Below are positions 55,213 through 64,000 of a stretch of DNA of 64,000 bases, in pieces. The notes beneath the pieces are model-generated. The model did no database searches and was not told the DNA's origin. It worked only from the letters and a program-made list of their open reading frames with translations. The stretch covers positions 83,373 to 147,372 of the forward strand of contig ONBX01000001.1 in NCBI GenBank assembly GCA_900316205.1, read 5' to 3'. The position numbers and the translations under genes were made by a program. The stretch is from an uncultured Eubacteriales bacterium. Lineage in GTDB: Bacteria; Bacillota; Clostridia; Oscillospirales; Oscillospiraceae. Numbering within the stretch: the stretch's first letter is position 1; each line of letters starts with the position of its first letter.

Positions 55213-55457
55213 GAGGCCTTGCCCGATAGCGCACACAATGAAGAGTGATACTTTGCATGCTGTTCACGGTTATTTCTCGAAATCGGAGCACACTTATGAT
55301 CGCTCTTGACTCTAGCAAAAAATCCCCCAGGGGATGGGTGAAAACTCATTCCCTGGGGGATCTCATATCATACTGAACGCTTTTGGTGTAAAGCTGGTGT
55401 AGTAACGGGCAGCCCTAAGCCGAAAAGCGAGCGTTTCTCAAGGCTTTTTCGCCTTGA

Positions 55458-57086
<1,629 letters not shown>

Positions 57087-57100
57087 TCAATAGCCTCCTT

Positions 57101-57385
57101 TTACTCGATGACAGCCAAGATGTCGGACTGGCGCACGATGGTGTATTCTACGTCGTCCAGCTTGACCTTGCTGCCGCTGTACTTGCCGACCAGGACCTGC
57201 TGCCCGGCCTTCACGATCATTTCGACCTTGTTGCCGTCCACCAGACCGCCGGGGCCGACTTCGATCACGTCATAGATCTCGGGCTTCTCCTGGGCGGAAG
57301 AGGCCAGGAACAGGCCGGAAGCGGTGCGCTCTTCGGCGGCACGCTGTTTCAGCACGACACGGTCAGCTAAAGGTTTGAGTTTCAT
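57101..57385 (-). CDS. groES: Co-chaperonin GroES
   Basis: MKLKPLADRVVLKQ...; ATG 57385 preferred over the track's upstream start. Confidence 0.95.
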   Translation of the reverse strand: MKLKPLADRVVLKQRAAEERTASGLFLASSAQEKPEIYDVIEVGPGGLVDGNKVEMIVKAGQQVLVGKYSGSKVKLDDVEYTIVRQSDILAVIE

Positions 57386-57430
57386 TGCTTCTATACCTCC
57401 AAGAAATGTTATTAACAAAATTCAGCATCG

Positions 57431-57457
57431 TTAGCACTCAAAACATCTGAGTGCTAA
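57431..57457. promoter_or_regulatory. CIRCE operator (HrcA binding site)
   Basis: Perfect TTAGCACTC-N9-GAGTGCTAA between the promoter and groES. Confidence 0.92.
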
Positions 57458-57465
57458 CGATGCAT

Positions 57466-57493
57466 ACTATACCACATTTTTCTTTTTTTGCAA
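57466..57493 (-). promoter_or_regulatory. groESL sigma-A-like promoter
   Basis: Minus strand: TTGCAA, 16-nt spacer, TATAGT, immediately upstream of CIRCE. Confidence 0.65.
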
Positions 57494-57604
57494 GCCCCCG
57501 GCAAAAAGAAGTTTTAAACTTTTTGTGACAAGGGGGGAGTGCGATGATGACGAGGCCCGAGAGCCTTCGCACGCACGGGGAAGGCTCAATGTGCAGGCAA
57601 AGGC

Positions 57605-57762
57605 CTTGCCCTCCCCTGCAAGGGGAGGTGTCATCCGGCGTGTCACGGTCCGCCGGATGACGGAGGGGTAAAGAAAACAAGAAAACCGAGGGAGTACTTC
57701 ATCTATCGTAACCCCTCAGTCACCGCCGATCACGGCGGCGACAGCTCCCCTTTCAGGGGAGC
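57605..57762 (-). repeat. Multi-hairpin GC-rich intergenic repeat, copy C (inverted, with central insertion)
   Basis: The reverse complement reads GCTCCCCTGAAAGGGGAGCTGTCGCCGCCGTGATCGGCGGTGACTGAGGGG ... CACCTCCCCTTGCAGGGGAGGGCAAGG. This is the same module order as copies A and B. Confidence 0.7.
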
Positions 57763-57824
57763 GTAGTTTCCCACACTTTGTCGACAGCCTGAGCCTTCCA
57801 CTGCGGGGAAGGCTTTATCACAGA

Positions 57825-58742
57825 TCATTCCGCAAAGAACTTCATCCCTTTGGGGACGATGAGGTTCAGGGCGCCGGGGACCATACGGACGTGGAATTCC
57901 TTGGCCCGAAGGGCTTCGCCGTCCAGCTGGGCCACGTCCTCCTTGGCGCAGCGGATGGTGAGTTCTCCGGAGGAGCGGATATGCTTGATGAAGGCAGGCA
58001 TTTGATCGGCGTCTCCCTTGGCGTATTTGCCGATGAGGGTGGCAAACTGCAGGAGGCTCACTTTCTTCACAATATAAATATCCAGGATCCCGTCGTCGGG
58101 CCGGGCATCCCTGCTGGGGTTGAAGCCGCCGCCGTAAAAGCGGCCGTTGCAGGCACAGACCAGGGTCTGCTTCCCCTCGGTATGTACGTCCTCACAGCGG
58201 ATGTCCATGGCTGTGGCTATGCCCTTGAACAAATTCACCACCGCCGAGACCACATAGCCGGTGGCCCCGCCGATGAGGGGAATGCGGCTGTACTTATGCA
58301 CATCGGTGCCGATGCGGGCGTCCACGCCAACGGAGCAGATGTTGGCGCAGTAGCGGCCGTTGCAGTCGATAAGGTCGATGGGCCGCTCCGTGCCGTTCAG
58401 CAGGGCGTCCAGATCCCGGAAGAGATCCTTTTCCTCGCCGAACATGCGGCAGAAGTCGTTGCCGGTGCCGGTGGGCAGGGGAGTCACCGCCACGTTTGGT
58501 TTTCCCGCCGCACCGCAGACGCACTCATTGAAGGTGCCGTCGCCGCCGCAGGCGTAGACGCGCAGATGCTCCGCTGTTTTGGCCTCCGCCTCGATCTTGC
58601 GGGCGGCGTCCATGGGCGCCCTGGTCACATAGACCTCAACCTCATCCTTGCGGTTGGCAAAGGCGGCGCTGACTCTGGCGCGGACCTCCCCGGTCTTGTC
58701 CTTGCCGCCGGCGATGGGGTTCACGATGAACAGATGCTTCAT
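57825..58742 (-). CDS. Diacylglycerol-kinase-family lipid kinase (YegS/DagK type)
   Basis: MKHLFIVNPIAGG..., ACGGDGTFNE, LPTGTGNDF. Confidence 0.85.
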   Translation of the reverse strand: MKHLFIVNPIAGGKDKTGEVRARVSAAFANRKDEVEVYVTRAPMDAARKIEAEAKTAEHLRVYACGGDGTFNECVCGAAGKPNVAVTPLPTGTGNDFCRMFGEEKDLFRDLDALLNGTERPIDLIDCNGRYCANICSVGVDARIGTDVHKYSRIPLIGGATGYVVSAVVNLFKGIATAMDIRCEDVHTEGKQTLVCACNGRFYGGGFNPSRDARPDDGILDIYIVKKVSLLQFATLIGKYAKGDADQMPAFIKHIRSSGELTIRCAKEDVAQLDGEALRAKEFHVRMVPGALNLIVPKGMKFFAE

Positions 58743-58760
58743 ATCCCGAACCTTCTTTTT

Positions 58761-59873
58761 TTATTTGTAGTACATGAACAGATCGCACTTGATCATGCCG
58801 TTATAGAGCTTGCGCTTCTTGTCCGCTTCCTTGCCGAAGCAGCGCTCAAATTCCGTGTGGGAGGAGAGCAGATAGAGCTGCCAGTTGGCGCTGTTCCGGT
58901 ACGCTGCGCCGAAAGCGCGGTAAAGCTCCTCCGCCTCTTCCTTCTCGCCGATGCGCTCGCCGTAAGGGGGGTTGGTGACGAGGACGCCCCGCTCCGTCTC
59001 CCGGGAGAAGCTCCGGGCGTCGGCGGTCTTAAAGCGGATCAGCTCCGCTACACCGGCCCGCTCGGCATTGGCTTTCGCCATGGCAACGGCTTTGGGGTCC
59101 AGGTCCGAGGCAAAGATCCGATAGTCCCCGTGATACTCCAGGGAACGGGACAGGTCCTTTTCCTCCTGCCAGAGCTTTTTATCCAGCGTGCGCCAGTCCA
59201 TGGCGGCGAAGTGACGATTCATGCCGGGGGCGATGTTCCGGGCAATAAGCGCCGCCTCAATGGGGATGGTGCCGCTGCCGCAGAAGGGATCGCAGAAATC
59301 GTCCCGACCCCGGTAATGGGAAAGGTTCACCATGGCGGCGGCCAGGGTCTCCCGCAGGGGAGCGGCGTTGTGGGCAGGCCGGTAGCCCCGCTTGTGCAGA
59401 CCCTCGCCGCTGGTGTCCAGACACAGGGAGACCTGATCCTTCATGATGGAAAAGCGGATCTGCACCGTCTCGGCGTTCTCATCGAACCAGGAAATATGGT
59501 AACGGCTCTTGAGCCGCTCCACCACGGCCTTTTTGATGATCTTCTGGCAGTCGGTCACGGAGAAGAGCGCGGAGTTCAGGCTGTGGCCCGTGACGGGGAA
59601 GGCGGTGTCCTTGAGAATCCAGCGCTCCCAGGGCAGGGCCTTGGTCTGCTCGAAGAGGGCGTCAAAGGTCTTTGCCTCAAAGCTCCCGACTTCCAGCAGC
59701 ACTCGCTCGCCGGTGCGCAGACGCAGATTGGCACGGACGAGGGAAGCCTCGTCTCCGGAGAAGGAGACTCTTCCGTTTTCGGCGGCGACATCTTTCATAT
59801 CCATGCGGCGCAGCTCGTCTGCTGCCAGACCTTCCAGCCCGAACAGGCAGGGAACAACAAAACGATGGCTCAT
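58761..59873 (-). CDS. THUMP-domain class I SAM-dependent RNA methyltransferase
   Basis: The N-terminal layout is THUMP-like. DPFCGSGT (SAM motif I) and NPPYGERIG (motif IV). ATG 59873 preferred. Confidence 0.8.
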   Translation of the reverse strand: MSHRFVVPCLFGLEGLAADELRRMDMKDVAAENGRVSFSGDEASLVRANLRLRTGERVLLEVGSFEAKTFDALFEQTKALPWERWILKDTAFPVTGHSLNSALFSVTDCQKIIKKAVVERLKSRYHISWFDENAETVQIRFSIMKDQVSLCLDTSGEGLHKRGYRPAHNAAPLRETLAAAMVNLSHYRGRDDFCDPFCGSGTIPIEAALIARNIAPGMNRHFAAMDWRTLDKKLWQEEKDLSRSLEYHGDYRIFASDLDPKAVAMAKANAERAGVAELIRFKTADARSFSRETERGVLVTNPPYGERIGEKEEAEELYRAFGAAYRNSANWQLYLLSSHTEFERCFGKEADKKRKLYNGMIKCDLFMYYK

Positions 59874-60091
59874 AATGACCTCGATTCCATATCCTTTTTG
59901 ATTGACGCAACACATTTACTATACATCAAAAACCTGAAGCTGTAAACTTAAATTTAGTAGATAGCACCAGGTTTCAACCCCTATATTTAGAAGACTCATG
60001 CAAAAAAAGACGAAAAAAGCTATTGAATTTTTATGCAATTCGCAGTATAGTAGGCTATGGTCATAATTTGTTCATTTTCTGGAGGTAAGGC

Positions 60092-60619
60092 ATGGCGATC
60101 GAGCGTTCCCTGTTCCTGGAAATCGTGAAGGACGCCTACAGCGCCTACTATTCCATCGTTCCGGAGGTCGAAGCGGGGGACCTGCCCCTGGCTTTCCGGG
60201 CGGATTACAAGTCCAGAGATGAGCAGTACTTCTTCGTCAAGTCCGCCAACATTTGGGGCAACGAGAAAAACGAGTATGCCTACATTTTCTCCGCCTCCGG
60301 GATCGACGCGGCCACGGCGCAGAAGTGCATGGACTGGGCCCTGCAGGATATGCTCCCTCGGGTGAAGCCCCACAAGGAGCACCAGTACACCAACTGCAAG
60401 GTGGTCTTCATCACGGATACCCTCTCGGAGGAGACGGCGCATACCGTGAAGAAGAGCAAATTCTCCAAAAGTTACGGCTTTCTCTCCACCCAGGGCTACA
60501 CGGAGCTGATCGCGGCTGCCGTGGACCTGAGCACCGAGAAGGTCGTGACCAACCGGGTCGGGCACGGCCTGGAAGATTTCTTTGGGAAACTCTTTGCTTT
60601 GCGTCATGAGGAAGCGTAA
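60092..60619 (+). CDS. Hypothetical protein, 175 aa
   Basis: Coding-like ORF with GGAGGT RBS and a TTGAAT-17-TATAGT promoter-like sequence upstream. No recognised motif. Confidence 0.6.
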   Translation: MAIERSLFLEIVKDAYSAYYSIVPEVEAGDLPLAFRADYKSRDEQYFFVKSANIWGNEKNEYAYIFSASGIDAATAQKCMDWALQDMLPRVKPHKEHQYTNCKVVFITDTLSEETAHTVKKSKFSKSYGFLSTQGYTELIAAAVDLSTEKVVTNRVGHGLEDFFGKLFALRHEEA

Positions 60620-60661
60620 GGCAATCAGTTCAATAACTTTTTCATCTAAGGAGTGAAAAGT

Positions 60662-62309
60662 ATGAGCGCATTACTGATCCTGTTGGTCGCGGTCGTACTG
60701 CTGGCTCTGGGCTACGTGTTCTATGGTAGCTGGCTCGCCAAGCAGTGGGGTGTAGACCCCAATCGCGAGACCCCGGCTCACACCAGCTACGACGGCAAGG
60801 ACTTCGTTCCTGCTAACCCCGCCGTGCTGATGGGCCACCACTTCTCTTCCATCGCCGGTGCCGGCCCCATCAACGGACCTATCCAGGCCGCAGTTTTCGG
60901 CTGGGTTCCCGTTTTCCTGTGGTGCGTGCTCGGCGGCATCTTCTTCGGCGCTATGCACGACTTCGGCGCCCTGTTCGCCTCCATCCGTCATAACGGCGGC
61001 TCCATCGGCCAGGTCATGAAGGACTCCATGGGTGTCAAGGCCCAGCGTCTGTTCATCGTCTTCGCCCTCGCCGTTCTGATCCTGGTCATCGCCTCCTTCA
61101 CCGCTGTCGTGGCCGGCACCTTCGCTTCCGTCGATCCTGCCGCCGCTACCTATGCGGCTAACGGCTCCACGGCTATGACCTCCATCCTCTTCATCGTCAT
61201 CGCCGCTATCTTCGGCTTCTTTGTGTACCGCAAGAACGCCAAGATCGGCCCCGCCACCATCATCGGCATCATCGGCATCATCGCCATCGTTTTCATCGGC
61301 CAGGAAGCCGGCCTGCACTTCAGCCGCACCTTCTGGGTTCTGTTCATCGCTGTGTACGTCACCGTGGCCTCCCTGCTGCCCGTGTGGATCCTGCTGCAGC
61401 CCCGTGACTACCTGAGCTCCTTCCTGCTCTACGGTATGATGATCCTGGCTGTTGTTTCCATCATCGGCGCCACCTTCACCGGTGCTGCCACCGTCGAGGC
61501 TCCCGCCTTCTACGGCTGGAAGAACCCCGCCGGCCAGCCCCTGTTCCCCTTCCTGTTCATCACGGTCGCCTGCGGCGCCTGCTCCGGCTTCCACTCTCTG
61601 ATCAGCTCCGGTACTTCTTCCAAGCAGATCAACAATGAGAAGGACGCTCAGATCATCGGCTACGGCTCCATGATCGTTGAGTCCGCCCTGGGCGTCATCT
61701 CCCTGATCGCTATCGGCGTGGTGTGGTCCCAGACCAGCGCTGTTGCCGGCGACGGTGCCAAGTACATGATGTCCGCTCCTCCGACGATCTTTGCCGGTGG
61801 TATTGCCACCATGTTCGCTTCCTTCGCCGGTGAGAAGAGCTACGGTGTGATCTACAACCTGTTCACCCTGGCTGTCTCCGTCTTCGCTCTGACCTCTCTG
61901 GACTCCGCCACTCGTCTGTGCCGTTACCTGTTCGCCGAGCTGCTGACTCCGGAAGGAAAGACCCACGAGGATCTGACCGGCGCTGCCAAGTTCTTCTCCA
62001 CCCCCATCGTCTCCACCCTGATCATGGTCATCATCGGCTGCGGCATGGGCTTCATGGGCCTGAGCCAGATCTGGAGCGTGTTCGGCGCTGCCAACCAGCT
62101 GCTGGCCTCCATCGCCATGCTGGCTGTCTGCACCTGGCTGGGCAAGATCGGCAAGAACAACAAAGGGCTTCGGCGCGATCGCTGCCGGCGCTGCTTGGGG
62201 TACCTACTTCCAGGTCATCTGGTCCATCGCTCTGGTGGTTCTGGCTGTCATCCTGGCTGTCATGTCCCTCAAGACCCTGGCTTCTCAGGCCAAGACCAAG
62301 AAGGCGTAA
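60662..62309 (+). pseudogene. cstA: Carbon starvation protein A (CstA) with apparent frameshift near 62160-62165
   Basis: N-terminal HHFSSIAGAGPINGPI and the overall TM pattern are CstA-like. After ...WLGKIGKNNK, frame 0 turns into an Arg/Cys-rich non-membrane sequence and runs through a terminator hairpin. The +1 frame reads KGFGAIAAGAAWGTYFQVIWSIALVVLAVILAVMSLKTLASQAKTKKA*, ending at 62309. Confidence 0.65.
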
Positions 62310-62349
62310 GCTTTACAGAAACAAACAAAACATATTCCTCAACAAGAAG

Positions 62350-62376
62350 GGCTGCCTCACGGCAGCTCTTTTTGTT
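62350..62376 (+). terminator. Rho-independent terminator after cstA
   Basis: Stem gggctgcc / ggcagctc followed by TTTTTGTT. Confidence 0.65.
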
Positions 62377-62390
62377 ATATGCTGTTCTTG

Positions 62391-62511
62391 GCTCCCCCTT
62401 TGGGGGAGCTGTCGCCGCTGCCTTCAGCGGTGACTGAAGGGGCGGCGGGAACCCCTTTCGCCGCGGCTGCGCTGTGCTTGCCGCGACACCTCCCCCAGTG
62501 GGGGAGGCAAG
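62391..62511 (+). repeat. Multi-hairpin GC-rich intergenic repeat, copy B
   Basis: GCTCCCCCTTTGGGGGAGCTGTCGCCGCTGCCTTCAGCGGTGACTGAAGGGG...CGGCTGCGCTGTGCTTGCCGCGACACCTCCCCCAGTGGGGGAGGCAAG. Collinear with copy A. Confidence 0.8.
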
Positions 62512-62589
62512 GGCCGCCGGTGGAATCGTTGGGATATGTACTTGTCGGAAACGTGCTTATTTGTTATACTATCTCCGAGGTGATGCTTC

Positions 62590-63927
62590 ATGTCTTTCAT
62601 GAGCGAATATCGCAGCAAGCTCTGCTCCGCCGACGAGGCGGTGCGCCTGGTCAAAAACGGCGACTGGGTGGATTACGGCTCCAACAACGGTTATCCCTCG
62701 ACTCTGGACGCGGCCCTTGCCAGACGGCGGGACGAACTGCACAATGTAAAGGTCCGCGGCAATCTGCTGCGGGGTCCCCTTGCCGTGGTGGAGTGCGACC
62801 CCTCCATGGAACACTTTGTCTATGATTCCTGGCACTGCTCCGGCTACGAGCGCAAGCTCTGTGACGCGGGGCGAGCCTTCTTTACCCCCATGCTTTTCCG
62901 CGACCTGGACCGCTATTATCGGCAGTATCTCACGGTGGACGTGGCCATGCTCTCCGTCTCTCCCATGGACGAGAACGGATGTTTTAACCTCTCCGGCGCC
63001 CTTGGCGCAGAGCGGGGGATCGCCGACACCGCAAAGAAAATCATCGTGGAGGTCAACGAGAACCTGCCCTATGTGTGCGGCGATCCCGCCGGGACCTCCA
63101 TCCCCCTGAGCCGGGTGGATGCCATCGTGGAGGCTGGGAAGATCCCTCTCTGGGAGATGAAGTCTCCGGAGCCCTCCGATATCGACCGGCAGATCGCAGG
63201 CCACGTGATGCCCCAGATCCCGGACGGCGCTGTGATTCAGCTGGGAATCGGCGGCATGCCCAACGCCCTGGGCGAGCTGCTGGCCGAGTCGGATCTGAAG
63301 GACCTGGGCATGCACACCGAGCTCTGCTCCGACGGCTACCTGGCCCTCTTCAAGGCCGGCAAGCTCACAAACGCGAAAAAGACCCTGCATCCCGGCAAGG
63401 GCGTGCTGGGCCTTGCCATCGGCTCCCAGGAGCTTTTCGACTGGATCCACGAAAACGACGCCATCCTGGGTGCCCCGCTGAGCTACGTGAACGATCCCCG
63501 GGTGATCGCCCGGAACGACAAGATGATTTCCATCAACGGCTGCCTGAATGTGGACCTTTACGGGCAGGTGGCCTCCGAGAGCGCCGGCACCCGGCAAATC
63601 AGCGGCACCGGCGGCCAGCTGGACTTTGTCACGGGCGCCGCCATGTCCAAAGGAGGAAGAAGCTTTTTGTGCCTGCCCTCCACCTTTACGGACAAGAAGG
63701 GCCAGCTCCACTCCCGCATCCTTCCCCAGATGGGCGGGGACATCATTACCACGCCCCGGAGCCAGGCGGCCACCATTGTCACCGAGTACGGCGCGGCGGA
63801 TCTCACGGGACGCAGTACCTGGGAGCGGGCGGCGCGGCTCATCGACATTGCCCACCCGGACTTCCGGGAGGAGCTCATCCGCAAGGCGGAGGAGCAGCGC
63901 ATCTGGCTGCCGTCGAATAAGAGATAA
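62590..63927 (+). CDS. Acetyl-CoA hydrolase/transferase family enzyme, butyryl-CoA:acetate CoA-transferase-like
   Basis: N-terminus [34 protein letters not shown] and SGTGGQLDF are typical of family-I CoA-transferases of the But/4-hydroxybutyrate type. Confidence 0.8.
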   Translation: MSFMSEYRSKLCSADEAVRLVKNGDWVDYGSNNGYPSTLDAALARRRDELHNVKVRGNLLRGPLAVVECDPSMEHFVYDSWHCSGYERKLCDAGRAFFTPMLFRDLDRYYRQYLTVDVAMLSVSPMDENGCFNLSGALGAERGIADTAKKIIVEVNENLPYVCGDPAGTSIPLSRVDAIVEAGKIPLWEMKSPEPSDIDRQIAGHVMPQIPDGAVIQLGIGGMPNALGELLAESDLKDLGMHTELCSDGYLALFKAGKLTNAKKTLHPGKGVLGLAIGSQELFDWIHENDAILGAPLSYVNDPRVIARNDKMISINGCLNVDLYGQVASESAGTRQISGTGGQLDFVTGAAMSKGGRSFLCLPSTFTDKKGQLHSRILPQMGGDIITTPRSQAATIVTEYGAADLTGRSTWERAARLIDIAHPDFREELIRKAEEQRIWLPSNKR

Positions 63928-63934
63928 GCCGGAA

Positions 63935-64000
63935 CGTTTCCCCCTATCGGCCTTCGGCCACTTCCCCCTGAGGGGGAAGCAAGAGCTTGCTCCCCTGTGA
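63935..64000 (+). repeat. Partial related hairpin repeat (truncated by window end)
   Basis: CTTCCCCCTGAGGGGGAAGCAAG resembles the 3' module (CCTCCCCCAGnGGGGGAGGCAAG) of copies A and B. It is preceded by hairpin GGCCTTCGGCC. Confidence 0.5.

Noticed and set aside
49320-55400. The islet as a prophage remnant or integrative element.
   Set aside because: It has no integrase, recombinase, transposase, phage structural gene, tRNA target or terminal direct repeats that I could find. I therefore report it only as a compositional islet.
57438-57680. Small ORFs read through the hairpin repeats (57438..57680, 13860..14168, 13967..14149, 16630..16872, 62379..62825, 62424..62654, 35492..35728, 63548..64000).
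   Set aside because: They are generated by palindromic GC-rich repeat sequence, appear in both orientations, and lack RBS and coding periodicity.
61918-62433. A 171-aa alternative-frame ORF inside and after cstA.
   Set aside because: It is Arg/Pro/His-rich nonsense in the +2 frame. The frame that restores a TM helix and a stop before the terminator is the +1 frame, starting about 62163.

Overview
High-GC chromosomal segment (about 60-65% GC by eye) from a spore-forming anaerobic Firmicute. The taxon is inference: spoIIGA-sigE, rnfCDGEAB, a SCIFF peptide/maturase pair and a butyryl-CoA:acetate CoA-transferase-like gene fit a Clostridia/Oscillospiraceae-type gut butyrate producer.

Most of the window is core genome:
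- polC (3' part), a CotH/LTD secreted protein and a beta-CASP MBL hydrolase
- rnfCDGEAB, then csoR-copA
- a YibE/F-NUDIX-unknown-DUF2812 cluster
- prsW, a MATE pump, spoIIGA-sigE
- pyrH-frr-uppS-(alkylation repair)-dxr-rseP
- an M29 aminopeptidase, glycerate kinase, groES-groEL with a perfect CIRCE, a lipid kinase, a THUMP methyltransferase, cstA and a CoA-transferase

Items beyond routine annotation:
1. A low-GC islet (about 49.3-55.4 kb) holds a frameshifted Type ISP restriction-modification enzyme and an unassignable 270-aa gene.
2. A single-pass membrane protein combines a degenerate, N-lobe-less kinase-like cytoplasmic domain with an extracellular C-type lectin domain.
3. A 2872-aa secreted protein has a PHP phosphoesterase core, OB-fold modules (two in a near-identical 567-bp tandem duplication) and six diverged modules of about 145 aa.
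4. A 48-aa SCIFF precursor gene is absent from the ORF track. It has an intercistronic terminator, and its maturase is translationally coupled to a PLP-dependent decarboxylase-fold enzyme.
5. Two adjacent dockerin-bearing secreted proteins (CHAP hydrolase, BspA-type LRR) have no cohesin partner in the window.
6. A family of about 120-160 nt multi-hairpin GC-rich intergenic repeats is present, one copy lying inside the csoR-copA operon.

I found no rRNA, tRNA, CRISPR array, transposase or integrase. The many long antisense ORFs in the track are GC-bias artefacts.
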